A stretch of DNA of 63,380 nt, filler included, from Collodictyon triciliatum (lineage: Eukaryota): the NCBI GenBank assembly GCA_043381765.1. It is 3 parts of 3 records of this genome, joined end to end, with 100 filler letters (N's around TTAATTAATTAA, not from the genome) between each part and the next. Parts side by side here need not be neighbours in the genome. Positions count along the whole stretch, not along the records: positions 1 to 21,409 come from JBHJMP010000334.1; positions 21,510 to 41,560 come from JBHJMP010000336.1; 1 more part is not named here. The stretch is one strand, 5' to 3'. Shown piece after piece: positions 14,520 to 38,200 of this stretch (position 1 is the stretch's first letter; every line of letters begins with the position of its first letter). The notes beneath the pieces are model-generated. The model made no database searches, had not been told where the DNA came from, and saw only the letters and a list, made by a program, of their open reading frames with translations. Made by a program: the position numbers and the translations under genes.

Positions 14520-17500
14520 CTAGTAAAGGTAGCCCGCCCCCAACATATAGTCGAGACACTCAGCCGGCCCGAGTAATTTCATCAGCTCCTCCTTGCTCTC
14601 ATACCTCCTGGTTCATTTGTTCCATTTAAATACCCTTCAAAAATGTCTTGATATATTTGTAAATCTATGTCATGATTTGATTTGCTTCTCCATAATCGTG
14701 TTAATAAATAAAGAATAAATAAAGAATAAATAAAGAATAAATAAAGAATAAATAAAGAATAAATAAAGAATAAATAAAGAATATATGAATAACTGCATGG
14801 GTGAATAACTGGGCAAGTGGGTGAATGGATGCCTGGATAAATAGGGAAACGAATATAACAAAGTTAAAAGACAAGGATGGTGTCGATGAGTCTTACCTCC
14901 TCTCCCGCGCTGACGCCTCTCCTGTCAGTACCTCCATGGACACAACTCCAGCAACTATTCCGTACGTATCCCCGACGCGCTTGGACATGTTTGCAGAGCT
15001 ATCGTGGATTACTATAAGCTTTTCGATATTCTTTCCTTTTCATTTATTTATTTATTGCTATATTTTTTCTATCGGGTATCACTCATGCTCCCTCTGCACC
15101 AACTATGATTCTATATGCATTCTTTTGTGTGTTTGATTTTGTCTAGTGGTTACCTGCTCAGGCAACGGACAGCCTCAGCCACGTTGTTGTTTGCCGCATG
15201 CAGATAGCCTTCAAGTCGGGCTGTGTTGATTTTGTGGGAAGACCACGTATGGGATAGTCTTTTTGCATATTCTACAAGCTTTGTTATCTTCGGCATGGCG
15301 TAGCTTTTGTCTGGAACGAATGGGTCTTTCGCTTTGGAGCTCACTTTCAAGATGCGAATGCACACCTCCTTATGGGATGAGTAGATTCGACTTTTGGAGA
15401 TAGCGTCTCTCTTGATAGCTGCCCTTCGGTCTCCGAGGGTAAAGTTGAGGAGTAGCACAGCAGATATGGTAACAGCGAAAAACTGCTGATATGAGTGTGG
15501 GCGATGCAACTCTGTTATTGTGTCTGCAACCTGATGGTATGAACGATAAGTGGTATAGAATGAGTCGGATATTGGTGACTTCCTTTAAGGAATGGATTTA
15601 TACGACCATATTATTAAAATAAATGATCTATGAAAGGCTGAAAAAAAGAGTATAAAAGAGTATAAAAGAGTATAAAAGAGTATAAAAGAGTATAAAAGAG
15701 TATAAAAGAGTATAAAAGAGTATAAAAGAGTATAAAAGAGTATAAAAGAGTATAAAAGAGTATAAAAGAGTATAAAAGAGTATAAAAGAGTATAAAAGAG
15801 TATAAAAGAGTATAAAAGAGTATAAAAGAATACAAAAGAGTATAAAAGAATACAAAAGAATATAAAAGAATATAGAAGAATATAAAAGACTAAAAAAAGA
15901 CTAAAAAAGACTAAAAAAGACTAAAAAAAGACTAAAAAAGACTAAAAAAGACTAAAAAAAGACTAAAAAAGACTAAAAAAAGACTAAAAAAAGACTAAAA
16001 AAAGACTAAAAAAAGACTAAAAAAAGACTAAAAAAAGACTAAAAAAAGACTAAAAAAAGACTAAAAATAAAATGGTTGAATTATATGGTGTCATTGTTGT
16101 AGTTGCAATGGCAGGGTTGCCAAAGACGAAGGTTGGAGCCCATGTTATCCTTGCCTCGTATGTGTAAAGTGGATATCCTGATATCGCTGATATTGTGGTC
16201 AGCAGAAGACAGCTGTATATGACGTCCTCGGGCTTGTGGCCTGGGATGCTGTTCAGTGCAAGTTCGCATAGTCTGCATATATGTATGTGTTGTGAGTTTA
16301 TTCAAATCGCTCTATAGCTCGAAAGAATCGGAAAGCAAAAGAAAATCCTGGTTCATCAAGTGTCATGTATGTAGTGTCAATATCATCGATAATCATCCAT
16401 ACGGCACATATGTGCAGAGACGAATAGATGGACATCAACTTACTCATTGAAGATTTTATCGCGGTCGCCTATCCCAAAAAATAGATATTGCATCCCTGAA
16501 AATATCAGCAGATTGCCATAGTCTTGTAAGCTCTCAAGCCCAACCATCAGTTGGATAGCTCTTTGAGCGCTTTGGATTCCCAAGTTGATGGGCCCTGCTC
16601 TCGAGTGAATCCAGCCAACCGCCAAGCTTACTTGAGACTATGAGAGAATTTGGAAAACGGGGATGGAGTTGAGTGTTTGGCGATGCACACATAATAGAAT
16701 CTGGTTTATTGTGTATATATATAATGTCCAAATCAAAGGAAATATAAAGTGACCACAATCTTTGAATCGAATAAAGGAGAACAAAATATGAAGCAATCGG
16801 AACAAAAAAACACACCCCGAATATAGGATTGAGGCTAGCACTACTCATATTCCCACATGACGCACAAAAATCCAGAGCTATTTGGAATTGATTTGTCAAA
16901 ATAAGCATCCAAATGAGTTTTGTGATTGAATCTCCGATGTCTAGAGCCACGGTGACACTGTATGAAGTACGAGTATATTTACTGTGTTGCCACAACGACT
17001 GAATAGCACAAATGGATACAATACACTTGTGTATAGCGAAGAGTATCACAGTTGTGAAAGTAGCCTTACGCAGAAAACTGAGGCCTCGTCATAATTGACT
17101 GTAAATTCATGAGAACGAACCTATGAATTAATTCACCATTTTATAGCAGGACTTTAAATATTGAGGATGTAATACTTATTTTCAATTAGGGGAGTTACAT
17201 TACACATACACACATACAAAAAAAAAACCACAGGAAAAAAATGGTCTCACTCTGCATATCGATAGTGTGACGACGCAAGTAGCATCATCCCCATGCGAAC
17301 GATTGCATCAACCTCGATGTCCAGAAACTTTAAAGTCTTTGAGCCCTCGTAGGCTTGAATAATGCACGAGAGACAAAGCTCGTTCTCACGTAAGCTGGCA
17401 TACGAGTCAGCAAGCTGTATATATGACTTCAGCTTTATGTACGAGATGTTCGATTCGTCTGGAACGGAAAAAACCAATTCCACTGTGCGAGAAACCTCAG

Positions 17501-20500
17501 TGTTTGGGATATTTGATGGACTAGCTTGTGATATCGGCTGAAAGCCTCCTGCCCCTAGTGCGACTGCATTTTGCCCAAGTGGTACTATTTGACTTCGTCG
17601 TGGAGATGACATGAGTCGATGTCGTATATATCCTGGTATCATCTGAAGTTTTCTTTTGGTAACCATAGAGAACGCTTGTGACCGACCGAGTCGGAATGAG
17701 AATCCGTTGAGCTCCAGGCTTGATTTTATACAACTAGTAGATAAATTGTGATATCTATTTTGTAATTCATGCGAAAAGGGAGGAAAGTTGGACTTTTGTT
17801 CGCTTTGATGGCTTGGCGTTGCATGCAATATCTTTTCAAATAGCTGCTTGAAAATAACTTACTCTATCGACTTGTTGTACTCTTTTTGTATGTGATGCAA
17901 CATGCCTATTTGCCAATGAATTTGTGCAAGCCTGCGATTCTTATCATATCCCACATATGATTCGATGCACTTGGTGCAAAGGTCGAGCATCTGGTAGTAA
18001 ACATAAATAATTACCCATTAATATACAAACGCGACTGCTCCGTATGTATACGCTATCTCCATCCAGACACATGATTTATTATTCATAGTATACATTAAAG
18101 TGTAGATCAGAAAATCATTTCATGAATATGCATATGCTTCCAATTGTTTCATTAGACAAAGACATCAGGATGCTTTCAGGTATGTGGTTTCGACCTTGAT
18201 GGAATAGTCGATGTTGCCTTCTGATAGATTCTTGCGAGCGGATAGAAATGCAAAATCTAGTATAGTATATACATAACTATTAGTATCAGTGTCCTTATTA
18301 TTATCATTATAATGATGATTGTTATTCCTATTGATTGCAGCGGTCCCAGTTTTTTTGTGCCTTTGCATCTCTATCTCTCCCTCTCCCTCTCTCTCTCTCT
18401 CCCTTCCTATCTACATACAGCTATGAACACTCATTTGATATCACAATAGTACCCTGTGATTGCCTTACCAAATGCTTTGGAGTAGTTGATTCCAAGAAGA
18501 TAGTGATGTGCAATCACAGGTGCCAGTCCATCCAGCTTGTCAAGGTCCGTTGATTCTAGAAATCGTGCATAGTCCTCGTGTATTTTGCGCACCTGGCTCA
18601 GCGGTACCATCTTGTAGATGTTCTCTCGAAACATCTTGGACGCAAACATGTAGACTCTTGGGTCGTCCGATATCAGTCGAATCACGTTCTGCTCTTGACC
18701 AGCTCCGAGACTGTCTTTGATTCTGCCTTGGATGTTTTCGTTTTCACAAAGCTTGAGTATATCCCTCTCTGAAAAGTATATGCCTATGACGCTGTAAGTT
18801 GATTTTTGAGATGGGACACCATTTAATCCATACTGGGTACTTTGTGAAAGCGTTGGTTGTGTGTGTTGATGTGCTGCAAATTGTACGATATGAACCTTGC
18901 GACTTTCAGGATGTTGATGAAGCGAGTGCCCAGCTTGTCTACTTGCGAAGCGACCTTTGATTGTTTTTGATTTGATTATTAATTTACAAGCGAAGGAAAA
19001 TAAAGACTTTGTGACTTATGGAGATGCTGGATCGACCAATATGTGAGTTGTGTGCAAAATGCAACCAAAAAACTGAAACCAAGACCAATACTAATGACGA
19101 TGACGATGACGATGACAATGCCAAAACAAACATATGAACAATAATAACAACAATAATAACAACAATAATAATAACAATAATAATAACAATAATAATAACA
19201 ACAATAATCACAATAATAACAACAATCATAATACTAATATTAGTAATACTAGTATAACTGTGCCATCCTAAATAAAAAGGAATAATAATAAAGTTGTCTA
19301 AAACGGACACACAAATGTCTTAGAACAACTGAGCAATCCATAGCACATACAGTACACAAAAGTGAGACTTCATGCTTCATGTATCAGAGGTCTACACACC
19401 ATTCCTTCGATGTTCTCAGATGCTATGCTTTGTCTTCTCGACACCTTCTCTGACTTGGATGATTGCCTTATGAATTGATTACGATAATTCGACAATAGAG
19501 CGACGGTCTCTGGATATTACAAATCAAGATCGGATCAGAAAAGGTACGATGCTCTATCAATTATATATATATATTCTCTCGCCAATAGGATTTCTACATC
19601 GCAAAAGTCTATCTCACTCCGCCCTTTTCCCTGCTGCTTTCATTACCTTTGAGAAATCCGGGTGTCCCTTCTGTCTTCTGATAAAGTGCGTTGACAAGTC
19701 CTTCGTTCACGATGATTCCCCGACTTCGGGTTGTGATGTATTTCTCTGCCTCCTCTTTGGTAAACGGTGGAAGGTCTGTGCTTCGTACAAACGCAGATTC
19801 TCGAAAGAAACTTTGAATTATCCTGTCTTCATTTGTTGATTCGTTGAACGTGATGCATACAAAGATGTTATGGTGCATCGTGCACAGGTCTTGAATCAAG
19901 CTGCACGATTGCCGGTCCATTCTGTGCAATGAATTGTAATTGTCAATATCCGATTCATATTATACATGACACCATACCCCTCATCCTAAGCGAACATCTC
20001 TTTATACCATATGAAAACACACATATGGAGGCGATAATCATGATTAAGCTATTGCGCTTGTCGTATACCGCCCACAGACTCATCCCACCCCGATATTAAG
20101 TCGCTTTTGGCAATCTATCAAACACTGACCTGTCCAGATTCTCTACCAGAAGGAGCATTTTCCTGCCTTCACACCCAAAAGCAAGCAGCTGAAGAAGCTG
20201 GCTTTTGATGATTTTGTTGATGATGCGCTGGCTGCGGATTCCAGACACCTTCATGGCATCCAGGCTGATTCCCAGTATGGGATTGAGGAAGCAAAAGTAA
20301 GTGGGAATCGACTCCGCCTCACTGAGAGCAGTAGAGCCCACATGCGGATTCTCTTGAAGCTGCGGTGCGTTCGTAGGCTCGATGGAGTCGCCGGCGATAT
20401 CTTTTGCTCTTGACAGCATGGACATAACGAGGCTCTTGTAAATCTACAGGATATTCGATGGAAACTCAAGTTTGGCTGCCGAGGAGAAAAATGGAGAACA

Positions 20501-21213
20501 AATAAAGAACGAAAAAAGAGAGCTAAAATAGCACAAATCAAATCAATGAGAAAAAAAGTGCATATAGAAAGAAGGGAAAATAAAACGAACACAGCGACAC
20601 ATAATACATGAACTAAAATCATGCAAGAAATGGTACCAAACAGTATTAAAATATAGCACTCTGGACCAATATGAATCAAATATAAGCAATAAGTGTGTTT
20701 TTGTAGCTTTGATATGCCCCTAACATACACCGACGTACCAATGTCCTCTCTTCTTGACTAAAGTATGTCTCCACATGTATTATCTGGTCGAGGATATCTA
20801 CAATCGATGAATACGATATGTTTCCGGACGGGTCTGCCGAAGTCGACACAACTTCATACTCGAGCTTCCTGGCTGCCTCCACAACGACTGATGCCAGCGT
20901 CGACTTTCCGGTTCCGTGATTGCCGGTGATGAAGATGGTCTGCCGTTGTGCGCATACATAGTTGTGCATACGTATTTGTGTGATTATTTTGGACATTTGA
21001 TACAAGTCCATAATAACTTGGTGATGGGATTGGTAAAGGAGAGCTGTGAAAAATGCACCTTGGGTACAAGTCCATGTGTCTGTTTTCCATGACTGTGTCG
21101 GAATGCAAGAGAAGTGAGGTTAATAGAATGATACTTTTTTTCAGGTGCACAAATGGGTATGGGGCTAATATTATCCTTTTGGTATACTCGAATGTATCAA
21201 GGGTTCTGATAAC
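14520..21213 (-). CDS. STAND-class P-loop NTPase plus helical-repeat protein (ADCY10-like C-terminal architecture); 5'-partial at the contig end
   Basis: Exons encode Walker A IFITGNHGTGKST, Walker B-like LLLVENLD, GxP motif KTEGTPGFL, VASQVDKLG..INILKVA and IAHHY; many short GT-AG exons. The exact exon chain is uncertain. Confidence 0.7.
15644..16067. repeat. Compound intronic array: (TATAAAAGAG)n grading into (GACTAAAAAA[A])n
   Basis: Seen directly in the sequence. Confidence 0.95.
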
Positions 21214-21245
21214 TTGAAGAGAAAAAAAAGAGAGAGAGAGAGAAA

Positions 21246-21276
<31 letters not shown>

Positions 21277-21409
21277 AAAAAAAGAGAGAGAGAAAAGAGA
21301 AAAAGAGGAAAAGGGAAAAAAAGAGAGAGAAAAAAAGAGGGATAGAAAAAAAGAGAGAAGAGAGAAGAGAGAAGAGAGAAGAGAGAAGAGAGAAGAGAGA
21401 AGAGAGAAG

Positions 21410-21509
21410 NNNNNNNNNNNNNNNNNNNNNNNNNNNNNNNNNNNNNNNNNNNNTTAATTAATTAANNNNNNNNNNNNNNNNNNNNNNNNNNNNNNNNNNN
21501 NNNNNNNNN
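21410..21509. other. Artificial contig-joining linker (N44-TTAATTAATTAA-N44)
   Basis: Exactly 100 bp with a 12-mer giving stops in all six frames; genes on both sides are truncated. Confidence 0.95.
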
Positions 21510-21708
21510 CGTCTCTCTTCTTCTCGTCTCTCTTCTTCTCGTCTCTCTTCTTCTCGTCTCTCTTCTTCTCGTCTCTCTTCTTCTCGTCTCTCTTCTTCTC
21601 GTCTCTCTTCTCGTCATTTGGGTCGAATAGAGATAAGGATTCGGCAGGGGTTTGTTCCTTGTTGAAAGTGGAGCGCACGTTTCCAACATTTTATTCTCTT
21701 CTCAATAG

Positions 21709-31125
<9,417 letters not shown>

Positions 31126-31760
31126 CCATCACCGCTCCATCACGCCTAAATCATCACATCTTCATCACTCTCGCCACAGATGGGGGCTGCCACAAGAACG
31201 TCCCTTCCCTTCCCTTCCCTTCCCTTCCCTTGTCTTGCCGTCTCTGCCCTGCGCCAGCGCACACCTTCCCGATTTCCATAATAAACAAATCTGGAAGATA
31301 CTATTAATCCGGCTGAAGTGTGCCCAGTCACTTCCCATTAAGGCGCTCGAGCGGGAAAATGCGCCGCCCAATTCAAATCGAATACGGGCGAACGAGAACG
31401 CGTTGGCAGAAATGCCATTGTCAAGGCGTTGAGACTGTGCGCTGGCGTTTTTGCCGCTGCGAGCGGTGTTTGCCTTGCCGCCTGTCATTGGAGACCATCT
31501 TGCAGTTTCTCGTCTTATCCTCTTTGCTCAACCTTATTCATTTTTTTCCCTTTTTCTTTTTTATTCTCTTTTCTTTCATGTTTCTATTTCTTTTTCTTTT
31601 TTTTCTTTTTCTTTTCTTTTTCTTTTTTTTTGCACACCTCGATCCTGAAAGGCCCACCTATGACTCGATCGTTTCGCTGCCATGTGCCGCGCCGCAACAT
31701 ATACACTTTGGCGGTATTTTCTGACGTCAAGCTGTTCCAAATACTAGGGAGAACAGGTCC

Positions 31761-34700
31761 ATGTCAGAGGCCGGTGGCTTGCGTATCGCGCCAGGCTCCT
31801 CCCCACAAGTCATGCGCCCTGGGCGGAGTCTTCTGAGCCAAGTCCGTGGGCAAAACCTCTCCACGTTGCCAGCACGAAACTTGCCATTAGATGAGTCAGG
31901 TGCATCACACGCAGAGTTGTCCTCTTCCTTGCAAAATACTCGTTTGCCAGCGCTATCTCTTTCATTAAGGTTTGTATTAAGTTTTTGTTCTCCTCGACTC
32001 AGCTTTTATCTTTCTTTTTGGGTGCATACTCTTGTTGGCCTTCTCGTCTCTGTGGGATAGATTAAACACTATTTTCTGGTCAGACTATCCAGCATTCACC
32101 TAGTTGAATTCATTAACTCTCGCCTACTCGCGTTCTGCTTGACGTGTGAATATGTATATAGTGGCAGGGAATCGTTTGTGGGCTCCTTCAAGGTTGGGTT
32201 ACGAGGGATATCTGTCTCGTTTGTAAGTGTCTTTGCTGCTGTGCACTCGCCTTTTGTTTTCTTCCAAAGATGTATGGTTCGTAAAGAAGTTATCTTTGGC
32301 AACGGATAGCTTTCGTTTTGACTTGAGGCTGTTCAAATGTGATATGGTATAGAGAGGAGATGATTCTTTATTTGCATCCGGTTCTTCAAAGGTTGATCAG
32401 CTTGTCCCTTTCCTGCCCAACATGGTAATCGACCACCTCCAGGTTTGCGTTGACAGTGACTGATATATATCATTCGAAAAAAATAAAAATGTCACAATCA
32501 TACTCTGTATCAAGAGTCCCATCGTATTTAACGGGATTTCTCGAATACAACGCGAGTAGTGTGACCCATTCTATTTGTGGATGGTTATTTGTAGGGGTTG
32601 GGACATGAGCCGATCCGCGCAACGTCCAAGAAAGTTTTTGGTTCAATACTCTTTCTTGATATCAAAGGCTACAGGTAGACTTCCATGATTAAAGCTGAAA
32701 ATTCAGCCGATAAAAAAAAGACTTTATGTCAATATTCTCTTTAGAATCCTACTATTTTGCTATTATAAAGTTTGGCAGATATAGTGTTTTGAAATCGAAT
32801 ACTCTACTATGACACACAATTGTCACATATTGGAATCGCACCCCTGCAAACAGACAAGACAATGCTGGACATTTATCATATTTTTTTTCCACTTATTCCT
32901 TTTCTCGAAATTGAATCAGTAAATTAGCTGACATTTTGGCTGACGACACTCGCAATGGAGCAGAAATCTTGAGTCACATTCTTAACTCATTTTTTTCTGG
33001 ACTTGTTGATATTGTTCTTTCAAATGGGGGCGACATTATCAAATTTGCAGGTTCCATTTCTCTCTTTTTATATTAAAGAAAAAGAGGAAAGACTGTTCTA
33101 ATTAGAAACTCACATCCTGCATAACTCCTGATATTATGGTTCATAGGTGATGCAGTTATATGCTTCTTCAGGGCAAACAGCGAACCTGAAGTATCAGAAG
33201 CTTTGAAGACATCAGCCACATGCGCTTTGAAAGGTTTTAATATTTATTTACATATAGCATTTGTGAGGAAAAACACGGGTCTGTCTTTGACGATAAAAAA
33301 ATGGGTGTAATCACTTTAAATAAATTGGAAGTCGGAAATCATTCAAATAGAATCACTATCAAACCTAACTACAAACAATTTCATTGAAACGTAATAGCCT
33401 GCGAGAAATTGAATAATTTTCCAATTAATGAAGAGGAGAATGTTTACCTTACGATGCATGCCTCTATTGGGGCTGGGGAATTAACAGCATTTTTCGTGGG
33501 AGGACACGAGGTTTCCACATATTACACTAACATTGAAATAATCCCCTCTGCTAGCACTTTTTGATCACTCTTTGCCGGTAAAAGTAAAGCATACAAAAAA
33601 ATCAGAATTTGAATATTTTTTTTTATCATTTTATGTAGGATAAATGGGAATTCTTTATGACCGGGGAACCTTTTGAAAGTATAGAGTATACAGGAAAAGT
33701 AACTAATAGATTGAATTGTGATGGATTCCATAAACAAGCCGTTTTTTGTTTTTGTTTTTGTTAGGGACTATAAAAATGCACTTTTTTCCTTTCTCTTTTC
33801 ATTACTTAACTGCAGTTCCTTTTGGTATCTTATAGTTAGTTCATAATTCTGGGGATATATACATGACCATCAGCAACTATGAATTGATTAAAAAAAGTGT
33901 TACTGTGCAGCATATTCCAAGGCTTAATGTGTGTATTAGTATTCTTTCTTTTTTTTTTTAATCAAGGATGCGCAATCAATCATCATTTCTACTGACCTGC
34001 TAAATATTTTTATAATTAAAACCCCTCACAATATAATAAAAGGTGGTCAGGCTGATAGGAATGGATGCATTAGAATCTCAACCGCTATGTGGTCTTAACA
34101 AGCACTCTGGTATTAATTTAATTTTCACTTTTCTTCCTTTATTCGATAATTTTGTTTTTACTTTTACTTTAAACTGCGGACCTAAACAAGTTGATTTATC
34201 AATTCCTTTTCTTTTCTTTTTTTATATACCCAAATAACTAGATTATATTCCCGAACAATCCATCCGAGCTTGTATCGTAAACCCAGTTTTAATTGCTGTT
34301 GACGCTGCAAAGATTCACTGGATCTCAGAAATACGGTAACGACAACCCAACGCTCGATTCTATTTGTAGTATGAATAAACAGCTCCAGAAATTGACCCCG
34401 GTGCGCTGATTCAGAACGGTCTCTGTCCTCTTCTGTTCACTGGGAGGCATTTCATTAAAGGAGAGTTCTCTGGGTAACAATTCAAGCCAAAATCGATTTA
34501 GCGTTCATCGCATACATATTTAGTTAGCACGAATTAACAACAGAGTTCATTTTTACATTCGAACTTGGCCCTACAGACTTGTGGCAAAACTGTTTTCTGC
34601 ACATGCAACAAGGAATTCGAGAATTTGGCGGGATTATTCGGCAATGGTTAGTAGATGACAAAGGCGCCACACTTGTTGCAGGTAATTGATTCAAAATTTT

Positions 34701-35180
34701 TCATAGCAACCAAAACGTATTTACCTTTTGCCTATGTGTGTCGAAAATGAATAATAACATCTGTCCCTGATGCCTTTTTTTTTTTAAAAAAAAATATTTA
34801 TGTTCTGATAAAAAAAAAATAATCGGCCAATATGGCTTTCAGCTTTCGGCTTGCCAGGTGCAGCGCATGAAGATGATGTAACGCGAGCAGTTAGGAGTGC
34901 AATGTCAATCAAAACACGGATTAATGCCATCGGCATGAGTGTGCGTTTATCCTCTCCTCCATATCACCTAATATTTTTTTTAATTCTTTATCTCGTTTTG
35001 ACTGTTTTATTCTATATAAAAACCAAGCTAATGTTTTTTTTAGTGCTCTCTAGGAGTTACTACGGGCAAAGTGTACATAGGACTCATCGGAAATAAAAAG
35101 CGTTGTGAATACTCGATGGTTGGGGACATAGTCAACATGGCTGCCCGTCTTATGATTGGTTTGGCTTTACCTTTCGTGGT

Positions 35181-35235
<55 letters not shown>

Positions 35236-38200
35236 TTCACCTTATGACACAGTTGGGTATCTGCATAATTTAAGATAAAGGATTTTCAACATTTTCTAAT
35301 ATATCATTATATTACTTTACAAGACCTTACATTTATTCTATCACATAGCCGCTGATGATGGGATTTTATGTGATACAACAACCCAGCAGAGTGCAAGTGT
35401 ATGTTCATTCTTTACATAGTCTCGTTTTGAATAGATTTTCCCAATATTTACCAGAGTATTGCAGTTAATTTTCTTCTTAAAAAAACTGATATTATAAATT
35501 GTCTATATACAGATTACATTCGAGGAGGTGGCTTTACTCTCACTCAAAGGGAAAAGGAGAAAAGTGCCAGTTTTTCGACCAACTGGTATCAAGTACAAGA
35601 AGAAAGACCAAATAGTATGTTAACCAGTAGCATGTATACTCCTCTAATGAATACTAAATTTGCGATGAAACATTTTCACTCTTTGGAGAAGTATGATTGA
35701 TGGAGAAAAGAAAACTGACTCAAAAAATAAAGGACTTGCTTATCGGAAGGGAAAAAGAAATTGCACTTTTGACTAGCATTATAGAGGCCTTAGATACTGA
35801 AGAGGGTCCTGTCGATGTGATTGTAATCGAGGTTTTTAAGCTGTATCCCTTTTTTGACACATATGAGAGTCACTGTGAATAAAAATAATAATAATTAGAA
35901 TCAGTTAGGGCAGGGAATTAATTTATGAAAAAAAATTAAAGGGTCCACCTGGCATTGGTAAGACCAGCATTGTGAATGAAGCAATAACAATCGCGGAGTC
36001 GATGAAGGTTATTATTTATTTATTTAGTATCTATTTATTTGGATATATTATATTATAGTATAGTATAGTATAGTATAATCCAATTCAATTTTTTTTTTTT
36101 TTGTAAAATATTGGAATCCTAAAAATCAGTAGACTCTTTAAACCATAATATAAATGAATGACCGAAGCTATTTATTTCTAAAGTATGTTTCTCACATGCG
36201 GTTGTTTTGTTTGCTATTCACAGGTCGAAGTCATCACTTCAGAAGGAGATGCGTTGCAAAAGGACAAGATTTATCATTGCTGGTCCAAAGTCTTTGAGCA
36301 AATATTCGATCGTAATGTTTTATTCCATCATTCATTCAGCGCCATGGCACCAAATTGTATTGAAGTATCAATTCATTGAATGTAGAAAAAAAACCACTGT
36401 TGAAGACCTTGTAACACGATTGTGATTGCTTTATCTAATTTATCATCAGTGGATGAGACGTTGGATATCAGCTCTAGAAAATCAATTGTAGAGGAGTTTT
36501 TTGATGAATACATGCCGGAAAGAAAGAAGCTAATACCCCTTTTAAATATAATATTTCCTTTGGAGTACCCTGAAAATGATACAACAAGTAATTTAATTGT
36601 TTCATTTGGAACATTCGAGATATACCATGAATTATTATATCTATTTCTCAACTTGGCAAAATATAGAAAATCCTTCTTTTCTTTTTCTTGTGTCTTAATA
36701 CTCATACAACCAAAACTTTCAAGCCTCAATGACCGCCCAGTGTAAAGCAAGCAATACAGAGGATTTTCTCATCGAGATATTGTCAAAGTATATTCTCAAT
36801 AAGCGGATTTTAATTGTATTTGAGGATGTTCACAACATCGATAGGTTTGTAATTTTCTAATAAGATGGATTGGATTACTGACATGGCATATTCTAGAATT
36901 ATTTCTATTTTTTTTTTAAAAAAAACTCTTACAGACGTGCCACCAAATAACCATAAATCATTGCCTACTGCTCTCTCAGGTCTTCATGGGATTTAATCCT
37001 AGCCTTGTACCAGATCAATTACAGATTCGGCTTGATTATGACCACACGTGGGATGAGCGCTGTTTTTCCAGTAATGAGCTACATCTTTCTTTGCATGACT
37101 ATGTATGATAAAAAAATGATATAATTTCACCCCTGTGTTATTATCTTGATACTTAATTAAACGAGAATCTTCAGAGCAACATCCTTGCCAGCCAACCATC
37201 TACGCAAATACTCAAAATTGAAGGACTTAACCAAAATTCTATGTTTACTTTAGTTACAAACTATTTAGGAACAAAGTAAGATTGCTCTCTCTTTTCAGGA
37301 AAAAAATAAGTCAAAATCTATTGCTGTCTATGTTAATTTGATCAACGTGATTTTTTCCTATCTTTCCTTTCTTTCCTATCTTTTTTTTTTGCATCATATG
37401 TATTCTTAAAAATAAATGAATGATACAGTTACGTATCCAAAACTGTTGCTTCCTATATTACCACCAAAGCTCAAGGAAATCCATTTTTTGCGGAGCAGCT
37501 CACGGATTATCTCATTGATTCCGATATGTAGAGTTGTTTTATTGGCTCATATTATGTACATCGTATTGCTTCAAAATATTTTTGAATATAATAACATGTT
37601 AAATAACTGATGTACCATTTTTGTTATACAGAATAACGATGGATGATGGTAGAGTAACGGTTTCCGAGCATGTAAGTCTCCATACCAAGCGCATATATAA
37701 TCAAGCTAATCTGGTTATTTTTCAGATGATTTGGTATTTGAACACCAAGATTGCAATATTTCTTTCGCCTACATTTTTCTTCTGAAATGGGATTGCTAGA
37801 TTAAGGACATCTATGAAATGCCTGTGCCTGATTCAGTGGAGAGGATAGTGTTATCAAGATTGGATTCACTGACAGAATCCCAAAGGCACATTTTAAAAGG
37901 TTGTTGCTTCAGATTAGCGCAGTAGATGAAAATTTATTTCCAAAATATTCTTGATGATGCTTCTCGATTTATTCTGAAAAATAATAATAATAAGAATTAT
38001 TATTATTCCCTTCCTTTTTCAAGTGGGAAGCATTTTTGGCAGAGTGTTTGCGCAAAATTCCATTCATTATATTCTCAAGGCAGATGGAATAGCTGAGGAC
38101 TTGAATGGTGCAATTAACAGATAACACACTTTCGAAATATATCAGGAATTATATAATCCCTTTTATTATTATTATTATTATTATTACTATTACTATTACT

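Noticed and set aside
21454-21465. TTAATTAATTAA palindrome within N runs (also 41605-41616) as a biological motif
   Set aside because: Identical 100-bp padded six-frame-stop linker, an assembly artefact; synteny across it is meaningless.
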